Shown: positions 48,112-50,212 of the stretch, piece by piece
Position numbering within the stretch: position 1 is the first letter of the stretch
Layout: the number at the start of each line of letters is the position of its first letter
Assembly (NCBI GenBank): GCA_017478125.1
Contig: JAFVED010000093.1
Coordinates: 1 to 50,212, forward strand
Origin: Bacteroidales bacterium
GTDB taxonomy: Bacteria; Bacteroidota; Bacteroidia; Bacteroidales; UBA932
DNA: 50,212 nucleotides
Direction: 5' to 3'
Notes under the pieces: generated by a model
Told to the model about the DNA's origin: nothing
The model's input: only the letters and a program-made list of their open reading frames with translations
Databases searched by the model: none
Program-made: the position numbers and the translations under genes

Positions 48112-49298
48112 TGAGAATAAAGGGATTATCAATTCTGGCGCTACTTTTCGCCGCCGGTTGTTCAACGGACTCCTTCATCAGGGATAATGTCGGGTTCGCT
48201 GCCGCCCAGATAGACGGAGCCATCGAGAGGACAGAGGCCCATATCGCCGAGACCGGCAAATTCGGAGCCCCCATAGACTTGAAGGCAGACAAGGAGACCA
48301 TCACGTTCGGTGACCACCTGGCGTGGCAGGGAGGCTTCTTCCAAGGCAGCCTCTGGTACCTCTATGAGCTCACCGGCGACGAGAAATATGCCGCCACAGC
48401 CCAGCGTTACACCGAGAGCATCAGTGACGTGCGATATGTCACCGACAACCACGATGTGGGATTCATCTGCATGAGCTCTTTCGGCCAAGGGATGCGTCTT
48501 AAAGGTCTTGACTATAAAGATATTATCGTTCAGACAGCGGAGTCCCTGATGACCCGCTTCCGCGAGGTTCCGGGCCTTATCCAGTCATGGCAGGCCTCAG
48601 AGGCTCTCGACCGCAAGTGTCCAGTCATAATAGACAACATGATGAACCTTGAGCTGCTTTTCAAGGCGACGGAGCTGACAGGCGACAAGAAGTATTTCAA
48701 TGCTGCCGTCAGCCATGCCGACCGTACCCTTAAAGAGCATTTCCGCCCCGACGGAAGTTGCTGGCATGTGGTGGATTATGACCCCGTTACAGGCGAAGTG
48801 AGAAAGAAGGTCACCGCTCAGGGATATTCTGACGACTCGGTCTGGAGCCGCGGACAGGCCTGGGCTATCTATGGATATGCCATGGCCTACAGATGTACCG
48901 GTTACCGCCGTTATATTGACCAGTCCCTGAAGACTTTCGAGATGATGAGAAACCATCCCAACATGGCCGGGGACCGCATACCGTACTGGGACATGTGCAG
49001 CCCGGAAATACCTGACACTTACAGGGATGTGTCCACCGCGTCGATCATCGCTTCCGCCCTCTACGAGATCAGCACCATGGATGTTGAGAACCCGAGCCAA
49101 TACAAGGAATATGCGGACGAGATCATGACTTCCCTCGCCAGCCCCTCTTACAGGGCGAGGCTCGGAGAGAACGGGAACTTCATCCTGATGCACAGCGTGG
49201 GGAGCATCCCCCACAACTCAGAGATTGATGTCCCCTTGAACTATGCTGATTACTATTTCCTTGAGGCTCTAAAACGTAAACGGGACATTGAGAGATGA
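48111..49298 (+). CDS. GH88 unsaturated glucuronyl hydrolase
   Basis: HDVGF, VIIDNMMNLELL, TAQG, WSRGQAWAIYG, PYWD and YADYYFLEAL motifs. Confidence 0.93.
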   Translation: MRIKGLSILALLFAAGCSTDSFIRDNVGFAAAQIDGAIERTEAHIAETGKFGAPIDLKADKETITFGDHLAWQGGFFQGSLWYLYELTGDEKYAATAQRYTESISDVRYVTDNHDVGFICMSSFGQGMRLKGLDYKDIIVQTAESLMTRFREVPGLIQSWQASEALDRKCPVIIDNMMNLELLFKATELTGDKKYFNAAVSHADRTLKEHFRPDGSCWHVVDYDPVTGEVRKKVTAQGYSDDSVWSRGQAWAIYGYAMAYRCTGYRRYIDQSLKTFEMMRNHPNMAGDRIPYWDMCSPEIPDTYRDVSTASIIASALYEISTMDVENPSQYKEYADEIMTSLASPSYRARLGENGNFILMHSVGSIPHNSEIDVPLNYADYYFLEALKRKRDIER

Positions 49299-50212
49299 GA
49301 AAGTTTCTCCTGGTCCTCGCGCTGTCAACCGTCTCACTGTCGGCCATTTGCCAACGGACGACAGTGAACCTTGACAGCGGCTGGAGATTCCGCTTCGGCT
49401 ACGAGTTCGACAAGAGATCCGGAGTCACGGTCCAGCTTCCGCACAGTTGGAACGCGCTTGACGTGACGAGCGGAGCCGACCACTACCACCGCGGGATCGG
49501 CAACTACACCAAAAAGGTGAGCATCCCGGCGGAATGGGAAGGCAAAAGGGTGTTCATCAAGTTCGAGGGAGCCAACAGCATCTGCGACTTTTTCCTCAAC
49601 GGCAAGTTTGTCGGGGAGCACCGTGGTGGCTACACGGCCTTCGTCTATGACATCACCGACCGCCTCCGGTACGGCCAGGATAACGAGTTGTGGGCCAGGG
49701 TGAATAACTCCGAGCAGCTTGATGTCATGCCTCTGGTCGGAGACTTCAACATCGGTGGCGGCCTCTACCGGGACGTGTATTTCATTATCACCGACAAGGC
49801 TTGCATCTCCCCGGAGGACCACGCCTCCCCCGGAGTGTACTTCTCCCAGAGAAATGTGACCGGAAAATCGGCCGACATTGGCCTCAGGGTAATGCTGTCA
49901 AACACCGACGGCAAGGATCGCGACCTGGTAGTCCGGATGAGCGTCAAAGACGGGACAAAGACCGTTGTCACAAAAGAAAAGAAGGTGCGTTTGGCCTCCG
50001 GCACAAGACTTACGGAGGAGACCATCGGCTTCTCCATCAAAAACCCCCACCTGTGGAACTCCAGGCAGGATCCGTTCATCTACGACGCCACAGTCTCGCT
50101 CCTGGAAGGAGGAAAAGAGATCGACTCGGTACGGCAGCCGCTGGGCCTGAGGCACTTCCGCTTCGATCCGGATGAGGGCTTCTTCCTCAACGGCCGGCAC
50201 CTGCGGCTCAGG
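49295..50212 (+). CDS. GH2 glycoside hydrolase (runs off the window's right edge)
   Basis: Not in the ORF track. MRKFLLVLALSTVSLSAICQRTTVNLDSGWRF...LPHSWNA...FEGANS...GEHRGGYTAF...GGLYRDV...PHLWN...GLRHF...GFFLNG. ATGA overlap with GH88. Confidence 0.92.
   Translation, partial: MRKFLLVLALSTVSLSAICQRTTVNLDSGWRFRFGYEFDKRSGVTVQLPHSWNALDVTSGADHYHRGIGNYTKKVSIPAEWEGKRVFIKFEGANSICDFFLNGKFVGEHRGGYTAFVYDITDRLRYGQDNELWARVNNSEQLDVMPLVGDFNIGGGLYRDVYFIITDKACISPEDHASPGVYFSQRNVTGKSADIGLRVMLSNTDGKDRDLVVRMSVKDGTKTVVTKEKKVRLASGTRLTEETIGFSIKNPHLWNSRQDPFIYDATVSLLEGGKEIDSVRQPLGLRHFRFDPDEGFFLNGRHLRLR

Overview
GC-rich chromosomal segment from a Bacteroidales bacterium. The evidence is the SusC/SusD pair, TAnnTTTG promoter elements and AT-rich leaders without Shine-Dalgarno sites; a gut/rumen lineage is my inference. 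From left to right: (1) A minus-strand purine cluster purM-purH-purD with Bacillota-like proteins, interrupted twice. A lipoprotein + radical SAM/SPASM pair lies between purM and purH, and an AT-richer two-m5C-MTase + HNH endonuclease (probable type IIS) R-M cassette lies between purH and purD. (2) rdgB-recO and a secreted protein. (3) aroB and an aroD-aroA fusion carrying two in-frame TGA codons. (4) Exported phosphohydrolases around tRNA-Arg(TCT). (5) DUF368, a PfkB kinase and a flippase-like gene. (6) A GH106-GH28-GH78 pectin/rhamnogalacturonan cluster. (7) A LacI-uxaC-kdgK-eda-exuT hexuronate operon. (8) A DUF6057/TolB-like pair. (9) A SusCD-lyase-GH88-GH2 PUL. The most striking non-gene signal is a family of GTCAT...GATCT hairpin repeats occurring as 26, 50, 74 and 98 bp forms (nested 24-bp increments). 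Five of the six full copies sit in-frame inside rdgB, recO, aroA (twice) and GH106. A second inverted-repeat-bounded element adds about 44 aa in-frame to PurH.
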